DNA of 64,000 nucleotides from Hydrolagus affinis (GCA_012026655.1 JAAILG010001083.1:1-64000), one strand, 5' to 3'. Shown: positions 11,907-23,059, counted from the first letter of the stretch. The notes: generated by a model from the sequence alone, not told the origin. Made by a program: numbers and translations.

Positions 11907-12233
11907 CTGAGGAGGTCAATACAACAAAGTTCCATTAAGTCCCCCCAAAAATACTCCATTTAATGTCAAACTATTTGATATCGCGCCACGTCATTTTCGA
12001 AACTTCTCGAACAGTGCTTCGCACAATGCGTTACTTCGAAATTGCTGCGTTGGCAAAGACAGCATCTCATCTAAAATACATCAGCAACGGTCCACAGCCC
12101 GCAAGAGATAAATAACCAATTAACTTGGATGTGGAAGAAATATCAGCTATTAGCAGGAAACAGTGTGGCCGTCTGAACCATCAGGATACGTAGATGGGAT
12201 ATCGGTTCAACGTCTTCAATTAGGTCGTCTTAC

Positions 12234-12329
12234 CTTAAAAAGACGGCGTACAACACCATCCAAGACATCCCACTTTGTCTTGCCACTGACACCAATGCAC
12301 CCAACAATATACTGCCGGCTCTTGGATTC
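12234..12329 (-). CDS. NAV2: NAV2 exon ESKSRQYIVGCIGVSGKTKWDVLDGVVRRLFK
   Basis: ctacag acceptor, AAG|gtaaga donor, 96 nt. Confidence 0.96.
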
Positions 12330-13094
12330 CTGTAGTAGAGAAAGCAGCGGATCAGAGTTTGCTAAAGTAATGTTGGACCAGTTCAATTCTGAAGCACTCC
12401 TGCCTGCTGCGGAAAAGAGTGTGATCGCATGGTGTATGTTTATTTTTATTTTACTGAGCGTAATCTTAATATTACGCACATGCAAAGTGATATACAATAG
12501 CGACGGGTATTAATCCAAATGTATTTAAAACAGTGGTAAGTTCCGCAGAATTCCATGCCTTTACCACAGAGTCTTATCAATGAAGGGAAGTTCCATCTCT
12601 TTCATTCGTAAAACACAATCATTCACTTGCTTCGTCCGTCAGTGATTTGCAGATTATTGGTCTTTTCCACTCGTGAAAGAGATCTCCACTGCATCATTGC
12701 TGGTTAGAAATTCACAGTGTCAATCTGATTGCGCAGGTCAAAGGATGGACTAAAGGGAATGTGTAAGCCTGGAAGCCAGATTCTCAAACCAAGCCTCTGT
12801 TTTGCAACGATTTTGTGCACTATAAATCCTTGTTGACATTCAGTTTCTGAGTTAACAAGAACTGTACGTGCAAAACCATGGAAATTTACAGCAGAGATGA
12901 AGGCAATTTGGCCCACTGTATCTGTACTGGCTCTTTGAAATAGCAATCCATTCAGTCCCATGCTTTTATATACCAATATTATTCTTGGCTTCAAAGTTTA
13001 AACTGAGGGTGGGGAGAGGGGATATGTTTCAGTTCTCCAAGTTAAAAGGGCTGAGTTTGAAAACAAATAGTCAATGCTTTGAAATGATCATAAC

Positions 13095-13285
13095 AATAAT
13101 AAGAAGAAGAATCCTTGCATTTTGATATAGTGCTTTTCACGTCTTCTAGGCGTCTCAAAAGCGCTTCACAGAATATACTGTAAAGTGAATTGACTGTATA
13201 TTTGTGGGCAAAACACGGCAGCCAATTGCGCACAGCAGTGTCCCCACAAACAGCCATGGATTGAAATGACCAATTTTATTATTGG
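13095..13285 (-). mobile_element. 5'-truncated tRNA-Deu SINE
   Basis: Core and tail, ending at the A-rich linker. Confidence 0.88.
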
Positions 13286-13350
13286 GGTTTTTTTTTTGCA
13301 TCTCAATATCAGTTCAGAAGTAGTGACAGGATTAGCCACACTCAATATAC

Positions 13351-13448
13351 CTCCTTCCATCTCATCTGCTCTTGCAAGCGGACCATTATTTTCACGTGCC
13401 TTCCTTCCTTGCGAGTGGAGCCATCCGCATTGTCATCAAGCAGCATAT
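13351..13448 (-). CDS. NAV2: NAV2 exon (D)MLLDDNADGSTRKEGRHVKIMVRLQEQMRWKE
   Basis: ggaaag acceptor, GAG|gtatat donor, 98 nt. Confidence 0.93.
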
Positions 13449-13544
13449 CTTTCCAAAGGAAATAATAAAATAAAAGCTTGTTTATCCGTGACCAGATCAA
13501 CCGTAACTTCCGTATAACCACCACGTCAAAAAAAAAGTTCCCCA

Positions 13545-13687
13545 TTCGATTAACCGGAATTTATCCGGCACAATGGATTATTTTTTCTAAACATTTTTTG
13601 TGTGTGTTTTCGGCCGAATATCCGGCACGCGCTTTAACCGGCATTGGCCAGGTCCCGAGGATGCCGGGTAAATGGGCTTTTATTGTA
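13545..13687. mobile_element. Probable pogo/Tigger-type (Tc1/mariner) MITE terminus
   Basis: Minus strand TA-CAATAAAAGCCCATTTACCCGGCATCCTCGGGACC...TGCCGGTTAA with repeated ttaaccgg/tatccggca subterminal motifs. The family assignment is by resemblance only. Confidence 0.5.
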
Positions 13688-13694
13688 ATAATAA

Positions 13695-13830
13695 GGGATA
13701 AAGGGATATGGGGATAAGGATAGGTGGTGTTAGAATAGAAGGTCTGCCATGATCTTGTTGAATGGCAGGGCAGGCTCGAGGGGCGAAATGGCCTACTCCT
13801 GCTCCTAAATTCTTACATTCTCATGTTCCT
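13695..13830 (+). mobile_element. CR1 LINE 3' end
   Basis: gggataaagggatatgggg...gccatgatcttgttgaatggc...ggctcgaggggcgaaatggcctactcctgctccta...ttc(t)atgttcc, a typical chondrichthyan CR1 tail. Confidence 0.8.
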
Positions 13831-13952
13831 ATAATCCTTGCATTTGATATAGCGCTTTTCACATCTTATCAATGTCTCAAAGCGCTTCACAGAATATACT
13901 GTAAAGTGAATTGACTGTATATTTGTGGGCGAAACGCGGCAGCCAATTGCAC
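13831..13952 (-). mobile_element. SINE tail and partial core
   Basis: ataatccttgcatttgatatagcgcttttcac...ggcagccaattgcac. Confidence 0.85.
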
Positions 13953-14335
13953 ACTTCAGAAAGGAAAACAATGGAAGAGGACAATAAGTGGGAGTAGTTG
14001 CCTGATTCAGCTCACGGCTTTCGTTCAGTCATCTGAATGCAACACGAGTGGAACGATGTTTAGATAAGCAGAATAATTCACTTCTTCACAGCAGTGAAAT
14101 GGTGAGTAACGAAAAAGTAATCCCTGTATGACATTCCAGTATTTATCCGACAGAAGCATGCACTTGGAAAGATATTGAAAACGTTATCTCTGACTAGAGA
14201 CACCGAATACATTCACAACGCTCAGTGCGAGCACCAGTCTATAAAACGTTCCAGTTTGGATATGTTGTGTGCTGTACAAATATGTGCGTAATTTACAAAT
14301 ACAATGAGAGCAGTGACTGGTGCAGACTCGCTTAC

Positions 14336-14495
14336 CGAGGCTGGTGGATTCAGTCAGGTTTAGACTGTGCTGGGAAAGGGCGAGTGACTGACGGGGCGAA
14401 GAGGAAATGGAAAGCTGGGATGGGACCCGACTGCAGATCCCTTGCGTTTCAGCCTTCAGCCTGTCGTTCTCAGTTTTCAGCTTTTCGATTTCAGT
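14336..14495 (-). CDS. NAV2: NAV2 exon TEIEKLKTENDRLKAETQG...SQHSLNLTESTSL(D)
   Basis: ctctcctag acceptor, G|gtaagc donor, 160 nt. Confidence 0.95.
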
Positions 14496-14754
14496 CTAGG
14501 AGAGAGAAAAAAGTATTTAAAAAGGCAAAATTTGGGGTCTTGCGGGATGTTGGACGAAGATTTGCTTCTTGGGCGAAGTTAAATTAGACCGAAAAATACT
14601 TTAAAAAATATGTAATTGGTCAGCTGGGAGTTTCACACAAACCCATCACCACCCTTAAGAGTGTCTAAACTAACAGAGTTGTGGAACATTGTGGTTTGGG
14701 TTTGATTTGAACAGAGGTTGCCATTTTCTTCAGCGCTTAGTCCTTGCTGCAGCT

Positions 14755-14815
14755 CAGAGCCTTGGGACGTCCTCCTGACGTGAAAAGCGCTCTATCAATG
14801 TAATTTTGTTGGTTT
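14755..14815 (+). mobile_element. L2-type tail fragment
   Basis: ttgggacgtcctcctgacgtgaaaagcgctctatcaatgtaa. Confidence 0.6.
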
Positions 14816-15845
14816 TTGTTGTTGCCTTCTTCTCAGTCTGACAATTGCTGCCTTTGCCACCTGTATTGAAGTGTGTCAAATTTCCACATTTTTTCGCTAG
14901 ATGGTATTGTTTGTCAAACGCGGGGCTTTTTGCAAACGTGTCGACAATCAACGGTTCAAAAATGACATGCAATTTTTACATACAATCGACTAATGTTTCA
15001 TCAGTTCAAATATTAATGAGGTTAAAGGGAGTATTGCTGAGGGTGGGGACGGAAACACTCATCACCTTGAGTCCGGCAAGATACTTTGATACTCACACCA
15101 GCAATCACTATTATAGATTGCTGGATCATTGCAGAAAACAACAGGCAGTGGGTGGGTTGCATTACAATGACTTGCATTTCTCTGTTGACTGTTCTTGGCT
15201 CAAGTCCAAATCCCCAAATAGATTTCGCACTACAGCTCCCCAACAATAAAGATATTAACAAACTTAACACTAAGTTAATCACAGCTTCTATTGACTAAGT
15301 ACGCTTTTCGAATGTCTCCGAATCACTCGGTTTTCACACAGGTGACTCCCAGGCAACCTGACTGCAATAAGAACATCTTTCAAAATGGGAATCCGGTTCA
15401 ATGCAAGAATAAGCGTGACATTTTGGCTGATCTACAAGAGTTCAGCTAAACAGCCCGTGGCCTGTGATGTAATTTCCCCTGGTTGGAAGATCTGAGCTTA
15501 GGTTTTCCATAAGTGCGGCAAGTTATTTCCAGATCTCAGCAAACAAGTTGGATCATTAACTAAGGTTTTTTTTAGGGGGAAAAGGTGGTAAAAATCAGAA
15601 ACCATCTGCACTGAAAGTAAAACCATGCAATGTTATCTTTAAAGTTTGAACTTTCGTTGCACATTAAGATTTACAACACATTGAAGAACGTGGTGGGTTT
15701 GCATTTCTGTGCTTTGAACTACCCTTTATTGAAGGAGCGCAAATTTTTGTTTTCATTTAAAGTGCTCACAATTGAATTGAACTCTACTGTACTGAAGAGA
15801 ATTCTAGTTTGAAGTTAAAAGTGGCAGCAAAACCGAAGATCCCAC

Positions 15846-15999
15846 CTGCATTCGGTTCATAGCCTCGCGCAGCTGATCTAGTTGATGAGCGGAGCTGAGC
15901 GCCTCGAGTCGTATATCGGTCAGTTTCATCTCCTTCTCTCTCAGCTCACTGCGCAGTTGCATTATGGTTTCAGCTTCACCATCGATACAATCAGAGATG
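15846..15999 (-). CDS. NAV2: NAV2 exon ISDCIDGEAETIMQLRSELREKEMKLTDIRLEALSSAHQLDQLREAMNRMQ (coiled coil)
   Basis: gtgcag acceptor, CAG|gtggga donor, 154 nt. Confidence 0.96.
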
Positions 16000-17869
16000 C
16001 TGCACATGACAAGAGGAGAGATGTGAGCAAACATATATAAAAAAAAACAGCACGGCTCAGTCAATCAGAATTCACTTTGCGTATCCCATTGAAATTAAAA
16101 TGGCTCAATTTGATCTTTCACGGGTGGCTTAGAATCAAAACGTCATTTGTTTGATGCAAAGTGTCATTTATTTTTCTGATGTTAAATTAATAACTGGAAG
16201 CAATTAAAACCATTCAGCACTCTGGTCACCAATGTTTTCAAACATGGAACAATGAAATTAAAAAAAATGTTAGGGCTTGAATATATTTCTCCAATTAATT
16301 TTATACTGAAATGGGCATCAACCTGATTTCTGTTTCAAAAGTTATGGAGGGTTATTAGAAAATAGAATTAAGAGCTTTTCTGTCCAGTGAATATAACTAT
16401 GCAACGACCATTAAAACTTGCATGTTTTGAATTCAGATGTTGGTCGCAGATAGATAATTCAATGAATCACATTTGAATTTTATATTAGAATTTTCCAATG
16501 TACAGTAGACATATGCACAATAATAGTTACACAAATGTGATGGTTTGAAATCTTGTGCAGCTCTAACTCTTAATGTTAAGTTACATTTAAAATCTGAATC
16601 ACTTAACATTGTTGAGTGTTTTTTGTTCCATGAAAAAAACAGATGTCTAGCCATTAAACGCTCCCATGTTTGACAATTGGTCACAGATACTTGGGATAGA
16701 TGTGAAGCTGCTCAGCAATAGATCCAGAAAGCAGTGATCCGTAAAACAAAAGATGTGCGGTTATAATTAATGCTGAAACAAACAAGTGAAGGGCAACACA
16801 AACAGGAAACTGTTTGCTCTCTCTGGACACGCTTTGTTGAATTGAACACTTTTGGTTCAGGTGGAAGGTCAACATCGAGTGTCAGTTAAGTTCTTCAGTG
16901 GCTTGTAAAAACACTCGGTGAAAATATACACAAGAGTTAAAACGAGAGGGCAGCCAGCCCTGGATCATCTTCTTGATCACTTCTGAAGGCAACGTGGATC
17001 GCTGCATTTCAGTAAAAACGTTTGGACAACAAATGAGTGAAAATAATTGAATTTGTTCAGGCTGGTCACACAAAAAAGGAACACATGAGGAGATCAGGCA
17101 GAGCTGATGTGGGATGCACACACACTGCAGTTATCTCAATAGCTACTTTGATACAGCTCATAAATTTAGTCATGAACATGCTTAAGACGCCTAAATGAGC
17201 AAGTTAGTGTCCAGGTCAAACAAAATAAGTTATGTTGCAGTGGCCAACAAAAAGGACTACATATAAAAAAAAGTATTCCCTCGTTTGGCAGGGGTTTATC
17301 TGTGGTAGACAATAGTTTGAGTCCCCCTTCAAGTTTCAGTGTGAAATCATCTCTTTTTTTTTACTGGTGTATTTACCACATTCGAGCAGTGAGAAAGTAA
17401 TAAAGAGGGCAGCAAATGTTGTATTTTACCATGACAATGAAATGCTGGGAATGCGACCATTTTGATAGCTCCTGTATACCCAGCCAGGGGCAGCCTTCAT
17501 TTCCCGCACACACAGGTTAGAAGAAAAAGCACTACACAATAGGGACATTTAGATAAAATATGCATTCATAAACCAACTTTGACCATGATCATTTAATTAC
17601 GCGATCATAATGATCTCGTGATGAAATTATCAATCAGGAATTAAAGAGCGAAACCGTCACAAAAAAACTAAAGCTGCCAATATCTGTGAGTCTGCCTACA
17701 AAGAGAAATATACAATTTATTTTTCAACAATGAAGGCTGAAGCACAAACACACCTGAACACATCTTTCATATTTTCCCCCAAACAAAGTGTTTTTTACAA
17801 ACAAAGAGAAAGGAGTTGTCCTGGCCAACAATTCCCCAGTTATAATTTGTCATTTATTTCATTATCGAT

Positions 17870-18025
17870 TATGCGCCACTGCTGTGTAAATTGGCTGCCC
17901 TGTTTGCCTGCAAATACACAGTCCTTTATTGCTAATTCCTGTGAAGCGCTTCGAGACGCCTTGATGATATAAGTCACGCTATCAAATGCTGGGATTACTA
18001 ATATTATTACTATTATATTATTATC
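17870..18025 (+). mobile_element. Degenerate SINE core and tail
   Basis: cactgctgtgtaaattggctgcc...tgtgaagcgcttcgagacg...caaatgctgggatta. Confidence 0.75.
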
Positions 18026-18132
18026 AATTCAGTCTGCTAACTTCGAGGATCTATTAGATCATAGTTGTTCCTTAACTGCTTTACACATTCTTGTTTGTCT
18101 TCCCGCAACGAATAAAACGTGTGTGTACATAC

Positions 18133-18311
18133 AGCGAGTTGGAGTGTGAATTTCTCATCATTGGGGTAGATGGAGTTGACCCGTTGTGAGGAAGCTTGGG
18201 GGAGGAAGGCAAGGACGAGTCAGGTGTGTTCATTTCTTCAATGTCTGAATGAGACGAAGCTGACTTGGGTGACTTCTTTTTGCCGAAAGCCTGCTTGAAG
18301 GAGCTTCGTAA
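18133..18311 (-). CDS. NAV2: NAV2 exon LRSSFKQAFGKKKSPKSASSHSDIEE...PSSPKLPHNGS...NSHSNS(L)
   Basis: tgtttag acceptor, CT|gtatgt donor, 179 nt. Confidence 0.95.
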
Positions 18312-19318
18312 CTAAACACAAACAGACACATTGACTCAGCGTGAGATACAGCAAAAAAGGCTAGGAAGGAATGAGTGCGAGGTGCACAATGTATTTCAAG
18401 CAACTCTACAGATGTATTTTATGGACGGGTTTAAACACATGAAAGGTTTCTTAAGAGTAGATCAACATCGAATGATAACCCAAAATGTTGCTACAGAAAT
18501 TTCTTTTCATGAATGCATCAACTGATAATGCAGTGTTATCTAACAGAGAAATTAGATCAGGAATAATATATGACTTGACTGTAATGCAATTGTTACAGTC
18601 CTGTACAGTGTCCAGCTCTGTGCATTGACCCAAAATACTTTGTTCTGATAAACATGATTTTTAGTGTAAGCAGGTCGCCAGATAAAGGTATAGACGTTTA
18701 TCAGTACATTGCTGCATGTCTGGCCAGGAAAATAAATTAATCTCAGTTTAAAAGTTCCCATTGTGGTAGACCCCATTAAACTGTGGCATTTTGGAAGCCA
18801 GCCAAAAAACACGCCATACAAAAGAGTGACTTCGCTTGTAAGTCCCAAAACAAAAGCAGGCATTGAAATTGACAGTAATTACATGGTATTTGAAATGCCC
18901 GTATTTGTGGATTACTCCGAACAAAATATTATAGCTAATGACTATAATGACTGCATAAAATATAAACGTCCACATTTATTTAAACGACCGCTGCTTACAA
19001 CAACTGTGTATTTGAGGGCAATGCCACTTAGTTTTACAAAAACGATACAGCGCGAAACACAGGGGTATTATAACTGAATGGGCAAGAAAGGAGACAGAAC
19101 TGTACATTATATTGCAGTGAGCATTCCAAACCGCAGACATATTTTCTACTCTGCTCATTTTCAATAAATACCCAAGATTTATTACTACTAAATGTGCGAT
19201 TTAAAAGGGGAGATGGTTCATTCGATGGAAATGTCCATAGATCTACCAAAGTACCGGCTTTGGTAAGGACTGGCTTGTTTCATGTTAAGGTCATTTTCAA
19301 GCAGAAGAGCATACTTAC

Positions 19319-19327
19319 CTCATAAAC
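19319..19327 (-). CDS. NAV2: NAV2 9-nt microexon VYE
   Basis: Minus strand reads ttcttctctttccctttgctttcataccacatggcag|GTTTATGAG|gtaagt. Phase 0-0, between KKNW and LRSSF, where human NAV2 (VNE) and NAV1 (VYE) have three optional residues as I recall. Confidence 0.85.
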
Positions 19328-19564
19328 CTGCCATGTGGTATGAAAGCAAAGGGAAAGAGAAGAATAATCTAATTTAATATTGTACCAAGTAAAGCAAATT
19401 TGTACACACGCAGCCAATCATAGGGTGCGTCTCTTCCTAGTTAAAAAAAAAGATGATTGTATATATTGAGGGTGAGGTCCTCATTATCCTTAAGTGTAGT
19501 TATTTCTCTGATGTGGCTTTGTAGTCAGATTTTCTTTTCTAATAGGAGTTTTCAATAATATGCT

Positions 19565-19700
19565 AATCATGGAATCTTAACAGCATAGAAGGAGGCCATT
19601 CAGCCCATTATGCCTGTGCCCGTATTCTTTCAAAGAGCTATCCAATTAGTCCCACAACCCACCCCCACCTTTCCCCATAGCTTTGCAGATTTATTTCCTT
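19565..19700 (-). mobile_element. CR1-type 3' end
   Basis: atcatggaatc...acagcatagaaggaggccattcagcccat...gcctgtgcc...tccccatagc. Confidence 0.65.
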
Positions 19701-21202
19701 ATCAACATCACTGCACTTTGCAAAAGGAATTTCTCGTCTCTTGTGCCACAAAAAAAAATTGGGAGGTGGTTTTGTGAATTTTATGTGTGGTTTAAAGTTC
19801 AAAGGCGCTTCTAAGAATTAAGGAAATTAGAAGGATCAGAACAAAATGCTGTACTTTGCTGCTTTCTGTTGGCCTTCATGACTCTTTATGTGTAATTTGT
19901 AGTGGTCAAACATTGCAGAATCCTCTGCAGTAAACAGTACTTAATATACATATATCAACACAAGGGTTTTAGAGACACATAAATAAAGATTTGTGAATGG
20001 AAAACTGGTGGCAAAGATTCAATGAAAGCACAATATAATGCACTGGTACAAAATGGATCTAATCTACACAAAGGAATCTGTATTACTGTACCCTGTTTGC
20101 TGTTTGGCAATTTCAGAAGGTGATAAAAACCAAAAAGGTTTAATTTCAAACAAATCCTAGCTAAACCTTTTTAATATTCATCATCTTAAACTATAACCAA
20201 TCCATGACAATGCTTTTGCTTTCAGATTGGCTCATTACTGTTTCAGCTTCATGTAATCTGACAGCAAACACAAATAAAAACCTATTAAACCTTAAAGGTG
20301 CTGAAAATGCACATAGCATTTACTGTCTGAAAGCATCTCTGCGGTCATGACAACGACTGATCTGAATTTCATTTTAGAGTTTGGGGGCACATGTGCGTTT
20401 ATTCACACGTTACTGTATAGAAGTTTTTCATTTAATTGGAATAATAATCAATAATTAAAAATCAGAATTGGATTTATTTTGTCCACGGATCATTTGTTGA
20501 AACAGCTTTTTTGGAAACATTTTTAGAATTCATTAGAATAACGGATTGTGCTCGCAAAGCGTGACGCTCGCTGGGAAAATGTGACACATTCATTAACAGC
20601 AAGCAAATCACCCTGAGGAGCTCTGCCGTGCAATTAAACAGCTGCAGTAATTTAAACAGAAATCAAACATCACACGTCGGAAAACTAAATCTGAGTTAGG
20701 TTTGTTCAGAACAGTGAATGCTTGCGTTCAGGTATTTTCATCCTTCAAGGATTAATATTAAGTGCATATTCACCTTGCTTCCTTTACACGGAGCCTTGTG
20801 ATGACAAGAAAGAAAGGTGAGATGAAGTGGGAGTGGTGGAAATGGGGGTGGGGGTGGGGTGGGGGGAAGGGAGAAAAAAAAAATCAACACATCACGTTTG
20901 CTTTCAACAAAAAAAGAAACTCAGGTGCAAAAGGTGGATTACTAAGTTGCTTATAACGTGTACAGAATTTCTGAATGGAGGCTCAGAAGGGATGTACTTT
21001 TTGCGACGTGGTGTGCAAGGAATACTCAGCTAAGTTTAGAAACTTTGCAATCATTAGATCGACCTTTACGGCCCACAGACCAGAAAGACCCTCTCCAAGT
21101 TCCGCAGGACGCGGCGGGCAAAACGCAAGTTGTTAAACGATGATTTGAAAGTGTTGGAAAAAGTTTTGGGGGCCGTCAAAAGCCAATGCACCGCAGATTT
21201 AC

Positions 21203-21348
21203 CCAGTTCTTTTTCTTCTTTTTCTTAGAATCCACCTCGGCACTGCTCCCCACGCTGGAGTGGCTGGTGGCGCTGTTAATACTGGACACACTGTCTGACG
21301 AGTGCTGCCGACGGATCCTCAGGTCTGCTGACTGCGACGTCCCATTTC
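21203..21348 (-). CDS. NAV2: NAV2 exon (G)NGTSQSADLRIRRQHSSDSVSSINSATSHSSVG...KKKKKKNW
   Basis: ccaccag acceptor, TGG|gtaaat donor, 146 nt, ends in a basic K-rich stretch. Confidence 0.95.
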
Positions 21349-21442
21349 CTGGTGGGAAGCAATGGAAAAGCATCAGGACATGCCTGCAGGTGATCCCTTC
21401 ATCACATCTCAAGGCGAAACGTTACATGGGGATTTCGAATAA

Positions 21443-21608
21443 CACGACTGTTTGTGGGGACGCTGCTGTGCGCAATTGAATGCCGCGTTTCGCCCACAAG
21501 TATACAGTCAATTCACTTTACAGTGAAACGCTTTGAGATGTGAAACGCTTTGAGATGTTTAAAAGTTGTGAAAAGCGCTATATCAAATGCAAGGATTATT
21601 ATTATTAA
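21443..21608 (+). mobile_element. 5'-truncated tRNA-Deu SINE
   Basis: cacgactgtttgtggggacgctgctgtgcgcaatt...gcaaggattatt, with an internal tandem duplication of tgaaacgctttgagatg. Confidence 0.88.
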
Positions 21609-21744
21609 CAAGTAAATCAGAAGTACGTCACAAGACCCATAAGAATGTCACTCTGACAGAATCTACTATCACAGCAACATTCGTGCTCTTTGTACCAATG
21701 ATTTCAGCCTGCTCAGTTGATATCACTCTCACATCTACGGAGGA

Positions 21745-22132
21745 AGGTAGTGGGTTGAAGCTCCATGTTCTTATTTGAGCTCAGTTTAGACTGACACACC
21801 AGTGCAGCCCTGAGGGAAAGCACTACTTGGTCAGACGATATGGTCAGTGAAGGAGATATGAAATGAGATAAGACTATTCAGGTGGACAGTTAAATATCCT
21901 TTGGTACTATTCAAAAAATTACTCCGAGTGTCCTGGCCAGCAACCCCTCCCACCCACTGATAAAATTGTGTATTCACTTCTTGGCTGTTTATGAGACATG
22001 CTGTGTGCAAATTAATTTGCTGTGTTCAACTACAAAAATACATTACGCTCTCCAATCAATCCTATACAGCGCTTTGAGATGTTTTGACAACCTTGACAGG
22101 CGCTATATTAACTGCAAGATTATTATTTATTG
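21745..22132 (+). mobile_element. Old, diverged DeuSINE (SacSINE1/AmnSINE-like) with the long Deu domain
   Basis: ctgacacaccagtgcagccctgaggga...tcaggtggacagttaaatatcc..tggtactattc...gtgtcctggcca...gctgtttatgagacatgctgtgtgcaaatt, then tail gcgctttgagatg...aggcgctatat..tgcaag. Confidence 0.7.
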
Positions 22133-22143
22133 TGATGCATTAC

Positions 22144-22255
22144 CTTTACATGACAGCTCGGGAGTGTTGATGACTCCATTTATTGCTACCTGGGCTGCAG
22201 AATTCTGTTTCTTCAGCATTTCTATTGTCTTTTTCAATTCGTTAAGTTCGGAATC
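22144..22255 (-). CDS. NAV2: NAV2 exon DSELNELKKTIEMLKKQNSAAQVAINGVINTPELSCK(G)
   Basis: ttcctcag acceptor, G|gtaatg donor, 112 nt. Confidence 0.95.
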
Positions 22256-22683
22256 CTGAGGAAGACAAAAAAAACAGTCGTTAACAATCACCTACTTAAG
22301 AGCTACTTATAATGTACTCCTTGTATTCCAGAAGTGGCAATTTCCTATTTTTTTCACACTGTATTATAGTTCTATTAATCCCTGTAAATTGCTTCCCCCT
22401 ACAACCTGATCCAACTATAGAATCCGAATGTGCAAAAAAACACGTGTGACTTAATCCTACTGTATAAAATTCCTGATGAAACGTACTCTAAACGTACTCT
22501 CAGACTTAAAAGTATGGTGCGGGAGGGGAGGAAAGAGATTGACGATACATGAAGAACCCCAAAATCCTTTTACACATTGAACCATGCTGTTTGCATAGAT
22601 TTGTGAATAGCTTTGTACATGTAGTTTAGCCATATTGCTACTTCAAAATACATCCAGACAAATGGAAAATGTAGAGGACCCAC

Positions 22684-22767
22684 CTTCTGTTCTGCGGTCA
22701 TGGTTAAGCTTTGTAACCTTCCTGTCATGTTTGCCAGACTTTGCTCGAAGGCTGCTACGAGATGAGC
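22684..22767 (-). CDS. NAV2: NAV2 exon AHLVAAFEQSLANMTGRLQSLTMTAEQK (coiled coil)
   Basis: cacacag acceptor, AAG|gtgggt donor, 84 nt. Confidence 0.95.
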
Positions 22768-23059
22768 CTGTGTGAGAAAATCACATTATAATACGATTGT
22801 CAAATTGTCTGTCAATCATGCTGATTTTTTTAAAAATGCTCTGAAATTAATATAAACAGTACCGTTTGTAGAATGCCTAATTATTCACCCCCTGTTCGCC
22901 ATGTGGAATTCTATTTGGTTTGGGCACTCTTAAGCACGGTGATGGGTTTCCACACATATCAAAACTTCCAGCTGAACACACAAAACCATACACACCGAGT
23001 GTTTCTGAGAAAAAAAGTCCCCCTCAAACTCAAATCCTCACGTCTCAATTATAAAAACA

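Noticed and set aside
16882-17121. Possible acceptor actgaaatgcag and ORF between NAV2 exons
   Set aside because: In the NAV2 frame it stops after 8 codons, and I found no convincing donor or homology.
22470-22505. ctgatga followed by a duplicated aaacgtactct (hammerhead-like start; also 58619)
   Set aside because: No stem II/GAAA/stem III arrangement. It is only a short tandem duplication.
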